A stretch of 64,000 nt of DNA from Lytechinus pictus (GCF_037042905.1 NC_087250.1:23686001-23750000), one strand, 5' to 3'. Positions 1 through 14,212 are shown, counted from the first letter of the stretch. Notes: generated from the letters alone by a model not told the origin. Translations and numbers: made by a program.

Positions 1-171
1 TGATTCTAGATTTCCATGACATTTCTTTTGATGTGCACTGTTCAAACCTGTGAAACCTGGGCCTGGTAACATAGAGCTTGGCGATTGATGGTGGGGCTGA
101 GTTCTACAATCGATTCCATTGGGTATTTGGTATGATCAGTCGTGAAAACCAGCCCCAAGATTGATCGCTAA

Positions 172-321
172 TACCTTGGTCACATTTGTACTACGGCGGC
201 TGTAAGGCGAGTCGTAAAAACAGTCGTTTTAACATTTTTTTTGTACCAGCTACATATAGGTGGTTTGAATAAAAATGAAGACTCGCCGTACGGCCGCCGT
301 AGAACAAATGTGACCAAGGTA
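172..321. mobile_element. Palindromic MITE, PIF/Harbinger-like
   Basis: TACCTTGGTCACATTTG...CAAATGTGACCAAGGTA long TIRs, TAA on both flanks; related right end at about 15310-15405. Confidence 0.75.
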
Positions 322-422
322 TAAGCTTCATGTTACAGTACCCAGCTCGCATTTCAGTGAGCTACCCTTCGGAGATGTAACTAACCCAGATTACATTGTT
401 TGCCCTCCCCCCCCCCCCTCAG

Positions 423-617
423 CGATGATGTCACCGGGTGGAGGTCCCATGATGCGCCCCATGGGCCCCAGCGGTCCTATGATGGGGCCAGGTGGACCCG
501 GAGGACCACACTCTATGATGCACCAAGGTATGGGACCAGGAATGCATCCCCGGATGCCTGCCCAGGATGGTATGAGGGGTATGAGCCCTGACCAACGCAT
601 GATGATGGCCAATTCTG
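423..617 (+). CDS. BCL9: BCL9/legless-like, penultimate coding exon (gene begins upstream of window)
   Basis: Polypyrimidine + cag acceptor ending 422; Met/Gly/Pro-rich frame MMSPGGGPMMRPMG...MMANS; donor G|gtaagt at 617/618, phase-compatible with the next exon (G+GG=Gly). Confidence 0.8.
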
Positions 618-987
618 GTAAGTAGAAATAGAATGTAAAATAGGCATTAATTGTTTATATTTACTGGTATTCACTTGGACCATTTCATGAAACTGGTTTT
701 AATAACAAATTTGCAAAAGCAGTGAAAAGCTACTGAAATCCTTCAATATGATTGGTTATAGTTATTGTTTATGTCATTTTCTGTGTCACTATTTCATAAA
801 ACAAATAATGCACTTGATCTGTCGTGTGTAGTAAAGGCTTGGTTTGTTTAGATTGTGCACACTGGACATTCACATAAAGGCTTGTTCATGGTGCAGCACA
901 TTTACACATAAACCTCGCTTACACTGCATTTCCACTGATGCTCTCGGTTCTGTTTTGTAATAGCTATTTCTTTGGCTGTCTTTTCAG

Positions 988-3773
988 GGATGATGATGCC
1001 CCCTCTCCCTCCAGACTGGGAAAACATGTCTCCTGCCCAGCGGGAATGGTACAAACTACAACAAGAATTCTACCTCGATAAACGACGCAAAATCATGGAA
1101 GACCAAGCCAAGATGCAAGGACGCATGTCAGATTTTCCTCCTGGGGCCATTGGTCCTGGGCACGGCCCTGGACCAATGAGAGGAGAGCCGATGATGAGTC
1201 CACATCATCCAGGCAGTGGAGGATTCCCAGGGGATGTGATGGGCATGAATATGGGTCCACCACCGCCTTACCCTGCGGGACCTGGTCCAGGGCCGATGAG
1301 CGGAGGACCTCCGGGGCCTGGTCCCGTTCCTGGACCACCGTCGCACGGGATGCAGAGGAGAGCTAGTATGTCAGGGCCGATGCCGCCTATGGGACCTGGA
1401 GGACCAGGTCCAGGGATGGCAGGTGGACCGGGCGGGCCTGGTGGGCCAGGAGGGCCATCAGGTCCAGGAGGTATGGGAGGTCAGATTGGTCCATTTCCAG
1501 AGACACCGCATATGCCATCACCACGCACTAATCGCTCCAGTTCAGTACCGGGTATGCAGAGTGGGTCATCGCAGCCTCCGATGAGTGCAGGACCTGGACC
1601 AATGAACTCAGGCAACATGCCTCCAGGGCCACAAGCTGGTCCAGGTCCCGTTAGTTCTGCCAGCTCCATGTCCATGGCCATGTCTCCTCATGCACCTGTT
1701 GGCAGTCCAATGAAATCAGTTTACAGGGCCCCTACTCCTACAAGCGCAAACACATCGGCCAATCAACCACCCCAACAGAACACTGATCCAATTATGAGTT
1801 CCATGGTGAGAACGCCAGGAAGCGTTGGTCCGGTGGAACAGTCACCAAGGCCAAATCAACCAGGTACCCCTGCTGCCATGGACAACCCTGTAGTCCTACC
1901 AAATGTCTCATCTGTCAATACCCCAAATACCTCCCAGCCTGGTACGCCAAACTCTGTTGTGAACAACACCATGTCAACATCATCTGTACTGCCACCTACC
2001 ACAGCTCATAGTAATGGGTCACAAAGTAACACATCGGGTGGAAATAGTAACGTTTCAAATGCACCGCCTCCCGCAACCTCAAATATCACCAGTGCACCAT
2101 CCTCTACCAGTTCTGCAGGAAGCACAAGCACAGCGGCAGGCAACGCTGCAGATTCTGGGAAGCCTATGGATGTCCAATCCCAGCAGCGTCTTGTCAATTT
2201 TCCACCAAGCCAACTTAACCGGGACAAAGCACCAAATTTCCCACCCCGTGGTGAAGACCTGCAGCAATACGCATCCACGTTCTACCAAAAGACTGTTAAG
2301 GAGCCGCCCATGAAAGGTCCAGGGCGGTTACAGCATTTTGGGTCGCCACCAATGAACAGTCCAATCAACACGGACATGCCGACGATCGGCTCACCATCGA
2401 GTGGGATTATGTCTCCGGGTGTGATGATGACGTCACAGTCTGGGATGATGCCTCCGGGTGGGATGCCAACACAAAGTGGAATGATGCCACATGGGATGGA
2501 GGGAGGACAAGGACCACCACCGGCCCAACAGGGTGGTCCCATCATGGGTCCAGGACATAGTCCAAGTGGTCCTGCAATGAGTGGGGGAGGAGCGGGACCA
2601 CCTGCTTCATCCGCTATGATGAATCCACGTATGGCAGCACCACAACAGAGCATGCAGTCACCCATGATGCAAGGTCAAGTACCTATGCAAGGACCTATGG
2701 TGTCATCAGCGCGGATGCAGCAACCAGGAGGGATGATGTCGCCTCAGAACAGCATGATGCCTCACAACATGCCACCGCACTCCGGGATGATGTCTCCAAC
2801 CATGGGTCCAGTCGACATGATGGGGCCGCAGGGGATTCCGATGTCTCGAGAGCAGCGGATGATCATGTCACAGTCGCGGATGATGTCCCAAGGACATCCC
2901 ATGATGGAAGGTGGTCCCGGGCCGATGCCAGGCGGTCCTGGCATGATGGGGCCGCATCCAATGGAACGCGGAATGATGCAGGGTATGAACAATTTTGAGC
3001 CTGGGATGAGTCCAGGCATGCATCCAAATATGATGAGATTCTCAGGGCCTAGAGGGATGCCTAGCAGTGGGTTCATGGAAGGTGGCGGCATGCCCTCTGG
3101 CCCTGGTAGGACTAACATGCCACACCCTGGTATGATGGGGATGGGAATGGGTCAGGGTGGGCCTGAGATGGGTGTCATGGGGGGCATGGAGAGAAACATG
3201 GGACCTACCACATCAGGTGGCCAAGCCAATAGCCCTCTCTCGTTATTACAAAGTAGATTCTCCCCGCCGTTATTACCAGATGGAAAAGGACCAAAACAAA
3301 CTCTTCAGTATTTCCCAGCGAATACGAATCAAGGCAGCGGGCAGGGCCAGTCCGGCAACCCGCATGTGAACCCAGGAACCGGTCCGTCCCCCGGGCAGGG
3401 CCCCAAACAAATCGAGCTTCCGTTCCCGGTGGAGATGGTCACGGGGGGTATGAACCCCGGAGGTATGAACCCATCGTTCTCGCGTGGTCCTGGTGCAATG
3501 GGACCTGGACCTCGGATGTCACCCATGATGAACCAGGAGATGATGATGCATCAGGGTTACGGAATGGGACCGGGGGGCGGGCCGAACCCGGGCCCTCGTG
3601 GACAAGTCCCCGGCCCTAACCCAATGGGGTATATGGGACCAAGGGGTATGCCAGGATATGGCGGAATGAATCCAGGAGGACCAATGGGCCCAGGGGGGCC
3701 ACCTTACGGGGATCCGAACTTTGGACCTATGGGCCCGGATCCAATGGGGCCCGGATTTAACATGCCAAAGTAA
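988..3773 (+). CDS. BCL9: BCL9/legless-like beta-catenin/Pygopus co-activator, large terminal coding exon
   Basis: Acceptor ttttcag ends 987; stop TAA 3771-3773. Contains MSPAQREWYKLQQEFYLDKRRK (resembles the BCL9 homology-domain-3 motif WxKLQQEFYxxKRRK) and PDGKGPKQTLQYFP (resembles the C-terminal BCL9 QTLQYFP motif), embedded in Met/Gly/Pro-rich low-complexity sequence typical of BCL9. Confidence 0.88.
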
Positions 3774-4970
3774 ACTTAAATATGAATGAATGTATATCAG
3801 TGTCAACCAAATTCTTGTGATATGTACAAACGGTCATTTTGATAAATTGTGTTGTTATTATGTGCAGGGTAGCTCTGCTTTTGAACCATGTATGCTCTTG
3901 GCACAATCATGTCACAATGAGCTAGCTCCAAGCATTATATATTATGCCATTGAATCGTGGCAAGTCAATTTAAAAGTATTCACATTTTTACAAATGTACG
4001 GAGCATAATACGTTAATAAATTTATGTTCAGAGGTATGAATGAAAAGTAGAATTCATTGCAAGTTTGGAATATCAATTCATCTTGATAAACCAGCATTCA
4101 ATTTAGGGGTTCTGTTAATAAGGGGATAATTTTTTTGTTTTGTTTAATATTAAAAGCTGTTTTATTAAGTGCCACAAGTTACAAACATAATCAAACAAGA
4201 ATAAAAAGAATAGGTTACCATAAATGTTTATCAAAATTGTATTACCACATAGCAAAATAACCTTCTTTTAAAAATTATACATTTCAGAGGGAATAACTAC
4301 CTGAAGTTGTCAAGGGCCCTCTTTCATTGAAATCTTTTAGTCTTGGGAGTTTCAAAACTTCTATTATGGTACACATAATTTTTTAAAGTATTATCTCAAG
4401 GGTGTTCAGATGTATTTTACAGATTCTGACACATTCACCATTTTCATGATTTATTTTCATGATGTGGGGAGGGGGAGGGCATTTCACAAAGAGTTCAGTC
4501 TGAAAAAAAAATCATGCTTAAATACCAATGCATGCATGATATAGGACACATAGTTAAATTAATCAATATACTGTGGCATGAAAGAATTACTTGTCAGACG
4601 TTTTATCTGAGAAGTCTTGTTTTATCTGACAGTTTCCATAGGAACTGTGCTCCTTAGCCAATCAGAATCAAGGAAAGTTGTCAGATCTGACATCTTGTCG
4701 GACAAAAATTTTGATGAATCACTTCCCTGATCTGATCAATGCAAATGAGAATTTAAATGGAAGTTTTAGCCAGACTGAAATCTTTGTGAATACCCTCCCC
4801 CCTCCCTTCTTGAGCTCTATGAATGATTGAACCCATTTCATATAAATAAATGGCTCTTGTTCTTTAAAAAAAAAATAGCTGTAAAACCTTTAAGACCCTT
4901 TAAAAAATCTCTACGCAAGAAAATTGTGCAGTGATCTACCTCAAGCATTTTTGAAGGTTCAAGAATTACG

Positions 4971-5144
4971 GGGGGCCGTTTCATATAGCTGTTCGTAAGT
5001 TAAGAGTGACTTTAAGAACGACTGGTGAACCCATCTTACGCGCTAAACCATCGCCAATTCAATGTACCATTTACCACAAGAAAGGATCACCAGTCGTTCG
5101 TAAAGTCGCTCTTAACTTACGAACAGCTTTATGAAACACCCACC
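4971..5144. mobile_element. Short foldback MITE (second copy at about 28655-28835)
   Basis: gtttcata..gctgttcgtaagttaagag..actggtga / tcaccagtcgttcgtaaagtcgctcttaacttacgaacagctttatgaaac inverted arms. Confidence 0.75.
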
Positions 5145-5471
5145 AGGTATGTTGAAGTAAGATTTCAATATGTTTCATGATTTTATTTTTTTCGTTATGA
5201 TTTACAAGTTCATTTCACCAGTGAAAAATAAACTTCAGGGTCTATTTCATAGTAATAATGAAAATAATAATATACAACATTTATAAGGTGCTTAATACAC
5301 ATTGTTTCTAAGCGCTGGATGCGTAGACAAATATGAATAAGTTGAAGAGTTGGATTGAATTAATGAAATAATATAAACTTGAGACTACCAAAAGGTAAAG
5401 GAAAAATGCATGGAGGGTGATTTAACAAATTACAAGGAATAATATAACAGATAACAACAAAAATTACTTAA

Positions 5472-6074
5472 AGGTCAAGTCCACCTCAGGAAAATGTTGA
5501 CTTAAATCAATAAAGAAAAATCAGACAATCACAATGCTGAAAATTTCAACAAAATCGGATGTAAAATAAGAAAGTAATGACATTTCAAAGTTTCGCTTAA
5601 TTTTAACAAAATAGTTATATGAACGAGCCAGTTACATCCAAATGAGAGAGTCGATGACGTCACTCACTCACTATTTCTTTTGTTTTTTATTGTTTGAATT
5701 ATACAATATTTCAATTTTTACGAATTTGATGATTAGGACCTCCTTGCCTGAAGCACAAAATGTTAAAATAATGGAATTCCACATGTTTAGGAAAGAATGA
5801 AACTTCATTTCACATGACAATGACGAGTAAATCAAAATATTTCATATTTCATATAATAAAATACAAAAGAAATAGTGAGTGAGTGATGTCATCAGTTCCC
5901 TCATTTGCATACCGACCGAGATGTGCATATAATGGTTTTGTGAAATGAAGCGAAACTTTAAAATGTCATAACTTTCTCATTTTACATCCGATTTTGATGA
6001 AATCTTCAGTGTTATGCTTGTTAAATTTTTCTCTTTTCATTCAAATCAAGTTTTCGTTGGGGTGGACTTGTCCT
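5472..6074. mobile_element. Non-autonomous TTAA-target DNA element (Kolobok-like, AG..CT ends)
   Basis: TTAA|AGGTCAAGTCCACC...GGTGGACTTGTCCT|TTAA, long imperfect inverted arms; partial copies at about 53330-53570 and 55493-55635. Confidence 0.75.
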
Positions 6075-6319
6075 TTAATACTGATTATTAGGTTTTCAAT
6101 TCAGTCTTAAAAATGGAAAGTGTAGGAGAGTCATAAACATAGAGACTTGTTATGATAACAAATGCACAGTTTCTATTATAAGAAACTATCAGCCTGTCAA
6201 ATTGAATGGTTTCCATCGGTTTAAACTGATGTTGCAATTTTGGTATTATAACAAGTTTTATGAAAGGGGCCCAAGAGTTCCCCCCCTCCCCCGATCCCAT
6301 ATCTCAACAGTTGTGTTAA

Positions 6320-6712
6320 AGCTAAATGAAAGTAGTTGCAGTAAACAATGATTTCATGAGAAAGTCTGTAAAACCAAGGTTAAGTATTACTATATCATCG
6401 TAGATCTAGATCTGGTACAGTTACATAAACTGAACTTTGTGAAATCATAAAATCTAAGCTGAAAAACGATCACGCTGAAGATCGCCAACACAGATATGCA
6501 AACGTGGGACAGTGTTTTTTATTTATTGCTGGAATAAAGACCCGACGGCAGTGCCCGAATCCGCGCTTATGCTTATTTCTCAGCAATTACACAATTTCTT
6601 CCAGAATCCTTTGGCACATATTTTTATTCATACAAACAGACACTTGGGTGGTCATTATATTGGATTCTGTAAAAAGTCATTTTGAGATTGTTACCACAAC
6701 TGGCATTTATCT
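6320..6712. mobile_element. Non-autonomous TTAA-target DNA element
   Basis: TTAA|AGCTAAATG...CATTTATCT|TTAA; a degraded relative lies at about 30500-30800. Confidence 0.6.
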
Positions 6713-7619
6713 TTAAGGACACTGCACAGCTTACAATTGGTCTGCGACCGACCAGATTTTGGAATAAAATGAGTTAGAATTTGATGCTAAGATTGAGACA
6801 TGGAGTACCTTATTATGTACTGTTCTAAATCATAGGTACGTATACCAATGGGCTATTCCACGGTTACTCACGTTACATTTGGAGACACCTTGACTCATAC
6901 TTGGAGCTGTAACTCTATTATTATTGATAGGAACTAAACATCTCTTTATCACAACATAGTACGCAGTCTGACTATCCTTTGTATAAAAACAAAACTTGGG
7001 AAATTTCATTATGCTCCTGGCAAATCTTTGAAATGTGTCGGTTACTCATGTTACATGACTTGGACATGCATAAAATAAAAAGTGGACATAAGTGAAAAGT
7101 GTCCTCATGCAAGGCTTTTATGAAAGTTGATTATATCCATTTCAAAAAAGTATATTAGGGAGACAAATTTGTATATAATTAAAAAAATAAAGAACACATA
7201 GTTTTTACTAGGGGTGCAGATAAAGTGGTTTCTCACGTTACGGTTCAGATGGGCTATATGTACAAAGACACATTGAGCTCATGTCCACCAACCTATGGAA
7301 TTGCCCCTATGTTCAGATCTGTGTCTATGCTATCATCCGTATTAAATAAAACCAAATTTAATATCTAGTTGTAATGACATCATAGCAATCGTATGATTGG
7401 CTACAATTTAGAATGAATTTGGCCTTTACTCCAAAATAAAGGCTGGTAATCATCCAAAATTGTTATTATATTTTATTCTTTCAGTTAATTTGAACCTCAA
7501 ATACTTTTCATTTAAATTTTCAGAAAAAGAGCAAATTGCAATTTTGTTCCAAAAATCAGATCGCAGACCAGTCATAAGGTGTGCGGTTGCCTTCTCAAAT
7601 ACTCTGATACCACATTATG

Positions 7620-7998
7620 CAGACCTGCCAACCAGTACGTTTTAGCCGTATTTAGTACGTTTTTTTTAACTAAATCGTAATTTATTGAGAAAAATAATCT
7701 ATATATGTCTCTATTTCATAAAACGTGCACAAATATGGTTATTAGATCAATGTAATTTCAGGTAACTTGTTTTTTTTTTTCAATCATTTTGTTCAAACCA
7801 GGGTGAAGATATATACATGTTTTAATGGTTTTTTTTTCATCTGCAAGAGCAGTGCGCATTTTAGCTTGCATGCAGCTTGAGCGCCGCGATGAGCGAGTGC
7901 GCCAAGCATTTTATTATGAAATACACTTTTTTCTGGAAAAATACACTTTTTTTTTATCACAGAATACAGTTTTTCATTCCCAGAGGTTGGCAGGTCTG
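7620..7998. mobile_element. Non-autonomous hAT-like element
   Basis: TIR CAGACCTGCCAACC / GGTTGGCAGGTCTG; same TIR type as 15453-17261; TSD not retained. Confidence 0.65.
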
Positions 7999-8126
7999 CA
8001 AGCTATTTGGTCTATTATCATTTTGGTCTAATTGCCTCTCGGTCTACACTTAAGTTAGTACCCAGATGGTCTGATAGTCTTTTTATTAGTATTTAATTTG
8101 TCAATATGAAAACTTATCCATAATGT

Positions 8127-8400
8127 GGAGCGTTGTGGCCCAGTGGATTAGTCTTCGGACTTTGAAACAGAGGGTCGTGGGTTCGAATCCCAGTCACGGC
8201 GTAATTTCCTTCAGCAAGAAACTGATCCACGGTGTGCTGCACTCAACCCAGGTGAGGTAAATGGGTACCGGTAGGAAGATATAGTTCCTTAAAAAGCTGT
8301 GTGCGCTATGAACGCCTAGCTTAGCCGGGTAATATAGGAGCGCCTTGAGCACCTAACAAGGTGGATATGTGCGCAATATAAATACCCTATATTATTATTA
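8127..8400 (+). mobile_element. tRNA-derived SINE
   Basis: A box TGGCCCAGTGG, B box GGTTCGAATCC, non-tRNA body (CTCAACCCAGGTGAGGTAAATGGGTACC), (TAT)n tail; degraded relative at about 43200-43400. Confidence 0.85.
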
Positions 8401-10329
8401 TGTCTTCAAACGTTTCTTAAAGACGGTTGGACCTTATGTGTGAACAGGCCTAAAAATGGGATATATAACAGTTACATGGTTTCACAAGGCATTTTGACAT
8501 TAGAAATTGGTGACAAATCAATTTTCAGCCAATCACATGGTAGGATTTTAGTAGCTTGTAATGCTGGCTTGTAATTCATCAATTGATGACAAGCTTTGTG
8601 AAACTTGGACCAGATCAATATAGTTTGAATTGGTTAAAAGGATCTGACAAGTCCAATAATAAATGGCAGTGCCAAAGAGCGTCTAATTGGGGCGCGATTA
8701 TTCGAGAAATCTCGATATTTCGTGGTTTTGTACCATGGTACAATTGAAATTTATGTAGAGAATGCGGCCAATAGTGTATACTTAGGAAGGACCAACAATA
8801 AAATGCAGTTATGCACCGAATTAGAATTAAATGCAATTACAAGTATACATGAAATCTGCATATTCCTCTTCCCTCTCCATGTTTAAAACACATTTTAATT
8901 CAGGCCTTAGTGTTTTGTAATGTACGCAATCAAGGTGTGATAATGCTCAAATAAAATCATGAAACATAAAAGGAGCAAATATAGTGAGTGTTGATTGATA
9001 GGTGAAATCATGTGACATACTACATGTCTGGTCAGGCTTTACAATATTCATTTATGATCTTCCCCTCCAAGAGGCTGTCTGGAATTACCCCTCTATCTGG
9101 TAATGGTAGAATCCTTGTTAAAAACACCTTGTGGAAAATACAGGATCTAAATGAAACTTTGTATTGAATGAATGACGTAATTCTGAACTTGTACATGTAT
9201 GATAAAATCAGGGAAATTCACACCTTTTTATCACTTTTTAAAACTTTAAAAATCTGACAAAGAGTTTAATATAGATGAATCATGAAAGTTATTTTTTAAT
9301 TGAAGTGGTGTCATTACTTTTCAAGTTGGAGGATGACAAGTCAGATCATGATGATATCATTGGAATAGTCTTATGAAATCTTTGTAGAAATTTTGCAGTT
9401 TGTATGAAGAGTGCCCTCTATCTTCCGCTCTTTAATATTTAATGATGAAAAATTCAATTGGTTAGGAAGCAAAAGAAGCATGGGCAGATTTTTTGTGATT
9501 ATTTTGTCACAGATTAGGTAATTTGTTTACCTATATATATATATATCAAACACAATTATGTGTATGGTTGCGAATCTGGTGCATTATTTGCAGGCGCCGT
9601 GGAATGGGGGGGTGCTTAAGCCCCCACTTTTTATACCATCTGATTGTGATTTTTTTTGTATGGTCAGCCCCCCACTTTAGAAACCGTTCCACAGCCCCTG
9701 ATTTGGTCCATCTCACTTGAAAATTGGTGAAAAATCCCTAAGTAATTAAGAAAAAGGAAACTGGGGCCCCATTTCATAACGACTTACAACTATTGTTACT
9801 TTGCTGCCATTATTGTAACTTCCATGGAAACCTTGATTGTGATTGACTGCTGAGCCCTGTTACCATGGTAGTTGCCATAAATAGCGAAATTACTGTAGAA
9901 ATGTTTATGAAACAAACCCTTGGTATTCTTTCTCAGTTAAAAATTTTTTCAATGTAGCAAAATATTATACTGGGGAGTCTCCCTAAGTTAGAGCCCCATC
10001 TTACAAAGTTTTGTAAAGTTTTGGAGGTGTTTTACAAAGAGTTACGATTGATCCAATCAACTATGGAAAGCCCACAACATCTAAAATGTATGTTCAAAAT
10101 ATTTTCTAATGTGTATTATCATACATTGTATTTTTAAAAGATTCAGTGTGATTCTCTTTATGGAGATCGTGCAAATTTCCTGTAGAAAAAAACCGATACG
10201 GATGGATTTCCATCCAGTTGAGATCGATGGGATCAATCGTAACTCTTGGTGAAACGGGGCCCTGGGACCAGAATAAGATTTCTTTTTTTTAATCGATTGC
10301 ATTGATCATAATGTACAATCAAGTGTGAT

Positions 10330-10760
10330 AATGATAATAATAATAGTACAGTTCTTAAATACGCATAACACCTACAGGTCTCTATGCGCGAGGAAAGCGA
10401 TAAATATGGTTAGAATTGTAAATTTAAATATTAGACATCAAATAATTATACATAATATCAAAGAATATTAAACATGGATTGGACCTACATGCGACTAAGT
10501 TAAACACTCTGAAAAGAGGTGGGGTTTTAATTGTACTTTGAATTTCTCAAGCTGGGTAATATTTCGCAATGTCAGTGGTAGACAATTCCATTGTGCTGGT
10601 GCAGCTTTTTGGAAAGCCCAATCCCCATATGATTTGGTCTTGACAGTAATTTCAGAGAGAAGATTTTGCGAGCCAGAATGGAGATTACGCTTGGGTTTAT
10701 GAATTTGGACAAGTTCTCGAAGATAAGCAGGGGCAATAAGTGATCAATTACTAAATTTTG
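10330..10760 (-). mobile_element. CR1/L2-type LINE 3' fragment
   Basis: Minus frame DWAFQKAAPAQWNCLPLTLRNITQLEKFKVQLKPHLF matches the typical L2/CR1 ORF2 C-terminus; (ATT)n-like tail near 10330. Confidence 0.7.
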
Positions 10761-11944
10761 TTTTACTTGGCCCTGATTGTCCAAGTGGAATGAAACCAAA
10801 TTTCCCATCAGATGAATTAATTCCGATACAGGCTCTTTAGGAAAGGATGCCACAAAAGGGGCCATCCTTCAAACATTTCAGAAGGTCAAAGGTCACACCA
10901 CATTTGTGACTTTTTCCCCATCGAGAAATAAAAATGATGAAAACACAAAAAGGGGGTCATCAGTCTACTTGATGCTGCTGCTGGGAGGGGGAAAGGAAAT
11001 AAGTTTCGATTAAACGCTTCAGCTGCCCTTTTAAACAAAAACATCAATTTTTTCTGCTATTTTTTTTTTATTGGGGGGGGGATCTTGGATTACCACTGGG
11101 AGTATAAACTATGTATTAACCAATAGGAATAGACTGACTTTGGGGTGATACTAAACTCATATTGATGGTGATGTAAGGGGACAAAATCAGAGACCTAAAT
11201 TCAAACCAGAAATGTGAGGTTTAGATGTTGTGATGAATCACTGAAGAAGTCCAGTGTAGATTCAATCGGGGGTTTCCTCTCTACATGTATTTTGTTTGAA
11301 GAATTCACACTCATGAAAATTGGAGTGTGGTTATGAAACGTAATTGACTAATTGAGCATTGCCAATTTAAGGAAGCGAACGGTGGGACTGATTCCCACTG
11401 TAACATGTAAAGAAATTTACACGTGTAGAAATAAATAAAACGGTTTCATCTACCGTTTATTGTATTATATACATGATTCTCTGTCTGGAGAATGCTCGCT
11501 GAACATTTATTGATATGTTTGGGAAAGGAGAGTGGTCTAAGTTGTATTTTGTTCTTACAATGCTATTTAAATATTGTACAATGTAGAATTAATGTCAAAT
11601 TGTGTAGAACATTAGTAATTATCTTGTATAATGATAGTGTATGTGATTGTATGTAGGCTAAATGCTCTGTAACATTGTTCAAATGAAAAATGCTTGTCAC
11701 TTTTTTGTATGTCCAAACTTTTTTTGTTGCGATTTTCTTTTTTTTAATATGAGCTCCGCGATTTGGAGGTTATTTGTAAATAAGAGTATTTTGAAGAAAA
11801 AGAAATTTGGTTGTTTTTGTGGTTTTGATTTATGTGTCATGACTTTGCTGTGTGTTGATTGGGAAGCTGATTGTTTTATAGCATGATTTTGGTAAAGAAT
11901 TGAATTAAAAGCAGGATGGTGAAAGTTCCCCTCCCTCCAAAAAT

Positions 11945-12210
11945 AATGAATGAATGAATGAGTGAGTGAATGAATGAGTGAGTGAGTGAATGAATGAATG
12001 AGTGAATGAATGAATGAATGAATGAATGAGTGAGTGAATGAATGAATGAATGAATTAGTGAATGAATGAGTGAATGAATGAATGAATGAATGAATGAGTG
12101 AGTGAGTGAATGAATGAATGAATGAATTAGTGAATGGATGAGTGAGTGAATGAATGAATGAATGAATGGACGGATGGATGGATGGATAAATGACTGACTG
12201 AATGAATAGA
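11945..12210. repeat. (TGAA/TGAG)n microsatellite
   Basis: Direct inspection. Confidence 0.95.
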
Positions 12211-13408
12211 TTATATAAAATGAGCTCCAAAAGAAACTGATCATATATCTACACTGGCACTGCACAAATTCCACCGAGTCAAAATGAACAATATTTTTAC
12301 ATAGCCTAGCTTCAATAATCTTTCATAAGCACATGTCATTAATTAAGAGATTGTTTAAATCACAGAGAGGCCATACATACTCCTCACATCAATTGGTTTC
12401 TGAATCCGAATTAAGTCACGAAATGGCAAAAATAAAGACCAATTAAAATGAGACTGGATTAAACAAACTTTCCAGTTATTGCAAATGTCCCTCATGGGCA
12501 TGTTTTTAACTGAAAAGTGATTGGCTCAATTACAAAGAAACTGCAGGAAGTTGATATAAAATTTTAAATGACTGGAACACACATATCCCCATGGGAATTT
12601 TACACAGCCACAGTGTGACCAACTTTGTCATTGGGTTCCATGCATGGACCTGGCAACAGAGGATTATCTATTGTTACTGGGGGTGCTGTGACAATGCTCA
12701 GCACCCCCAGTAACAATAGACTAATCCTCCGTGGACAGGTTCCTTGTTATTCCATGACGTTTGCTCTGGCAACAATTGCTCTGATGGAAAATCTGCACGT
12801 AAAGCCAAACATAAATCCTAACCTCCAAAATTAAATATACTTCATAATCCTTATCTTTACATTATTCTGAACCAAAAACTCTTATTACATTTCTGACACT
12901 GACCCTAATGCCTTCTGAGATTAGAAAACCAGAGCAAAAGTTGCAGGAGCAAGTATGTCATGTCACCTGTCATTTTTTGCATTTTTAAAAGTGAAATTGA
13001 AGGATTTTGTGCACACTGGGGAAATTCGTGAAAACTTTCAGTTAAAATAATGTAAGTGATCAAAATTTCTCAATGCCCTGATGCTCACAACTTTGATTGA
13101 GGTGCAGCTAGCTTCTTGGTGAGAGGGAGGAATAATGGCTCTTGGAGGAGACGTACAGAATCATTGAAAATAGAACCATTTGGTAATATCTTGACAGTGT
13201 GTTTCAACAACAAAAGGTAAGAATTCGGTCAGTGATTATAGCTGGTAATCACCTTTATGTTTTTATTATTGCTTTTTTTCTTCTACCAAGTGAGATATAT
13301 GACAGTTTCTGAAATTTCGCATTGAGAATGTGTAATCAATCAAAGGGCTCCTCGATTCGGTACCGATGCAATTGATGTATAGGGTTTATTTAATCACTAC
13401 GCCCTCAT

Positions 13409-13612
13409 CACTAGCGTACCTACGGGGGGGGCAGGGAGCCACAACCCATACAAAATACATATCACTGCCCCCCCTGACGAACTTGAAAAACCTTTTATGC
13501 CCCCCTGACGAGCTTGAAGACCTTTTTTTTTTTTTTTTTTTTTTTTTGCTTGTCAATTTTTTGGGCGGCCGATTTTGCCCTCCCCCTGTGGAAAATCCTA
13601 GGTACGCCACTG
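13409..13612. mobile_element. hAT-like MITE (inverted copy at 29951-30217)
   Basis: CACTAGCGTACCTA...TAGGTACGCCACTG with 8-bp TSD GCCCTCAT (13401-13408, 13613-13620). Confidence 0.8.
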
Positions 13613-14034
13613 GCCCTCATGAATATTGTCCATCCCATTTGATCACCAAATTTCTAGAGTTTGTGATTTTCAGAGCATTGGCAATAGCAAAATAATTTGG
13701 TGATTTATTGTTGTTTATTTTGGTGCTTAATATGAAAAATGAAGCTTTATTTTTGTCCCTGTGAAACCACGAAAGAGACAAATCCTGAGGATGTTTGATT
13801 TTGCTCACTTGCACTTTCAGATTTTCTAATGCATGTAAAGGCATACACATATAGATCGATTCCCATTGGGCAAACTTTTTCTACCCCCTCAAAAAGGGCC
13901 ATTTTCATTACGAGATCTATTCTGTTGTTCAAATAATAAAAAGTTAGAATGTGCATGCCCTCTACGTTCGTCTGCAGAGAGTGCAAGGGTCCTCATCTCA
14001 ATTTTTCGCCTGTCATACCGGAATACCACACAAA

Positions 14035-14212
14035 ATGAGTGCTTTTGAGCCTCCTGCTGTTGTCGTTAATATATTTGCAGTCATCGGTTTCATTGCAGTT
14101 GCTTACAAATCCTTGAGGGTTTTGTTATCGATATTGAAGAATGTCAAGACGTTTGTTTTGGCGAGACCGCTGGGCCTCGCTACAAATCCCAAACGGCATG
14201 GAAAGTGGGCGG
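14035..14212 (+). CDS. HSD17B12: HSD17B12 exon 1
   Basis: caaaATG start; MSAFEPPAVVVNIFAVIGFIAVAYKSL...HGKWA; donor G|gtgagt. Confidence 0.9.

Noticed and set aside
391..3806. Many antisense and alternative-frame ORFs over BCL9, and a collagen-like reading of the GP repeats
   Set aside because: Shadow frames of GC-rich coding sequence; no sustained Gly-X-Y register.
8127..8200. tRNA gene
   Set aside because: A/B boxes are present but run into a SINE body and (TAT)n tail, so it is a SINE head rather than a tRNA.
11697..12274. 177-aa and 132-aa HSFI-repeat ORFs
   Set aside because: Translation of the (TGAA)n microsatellite.
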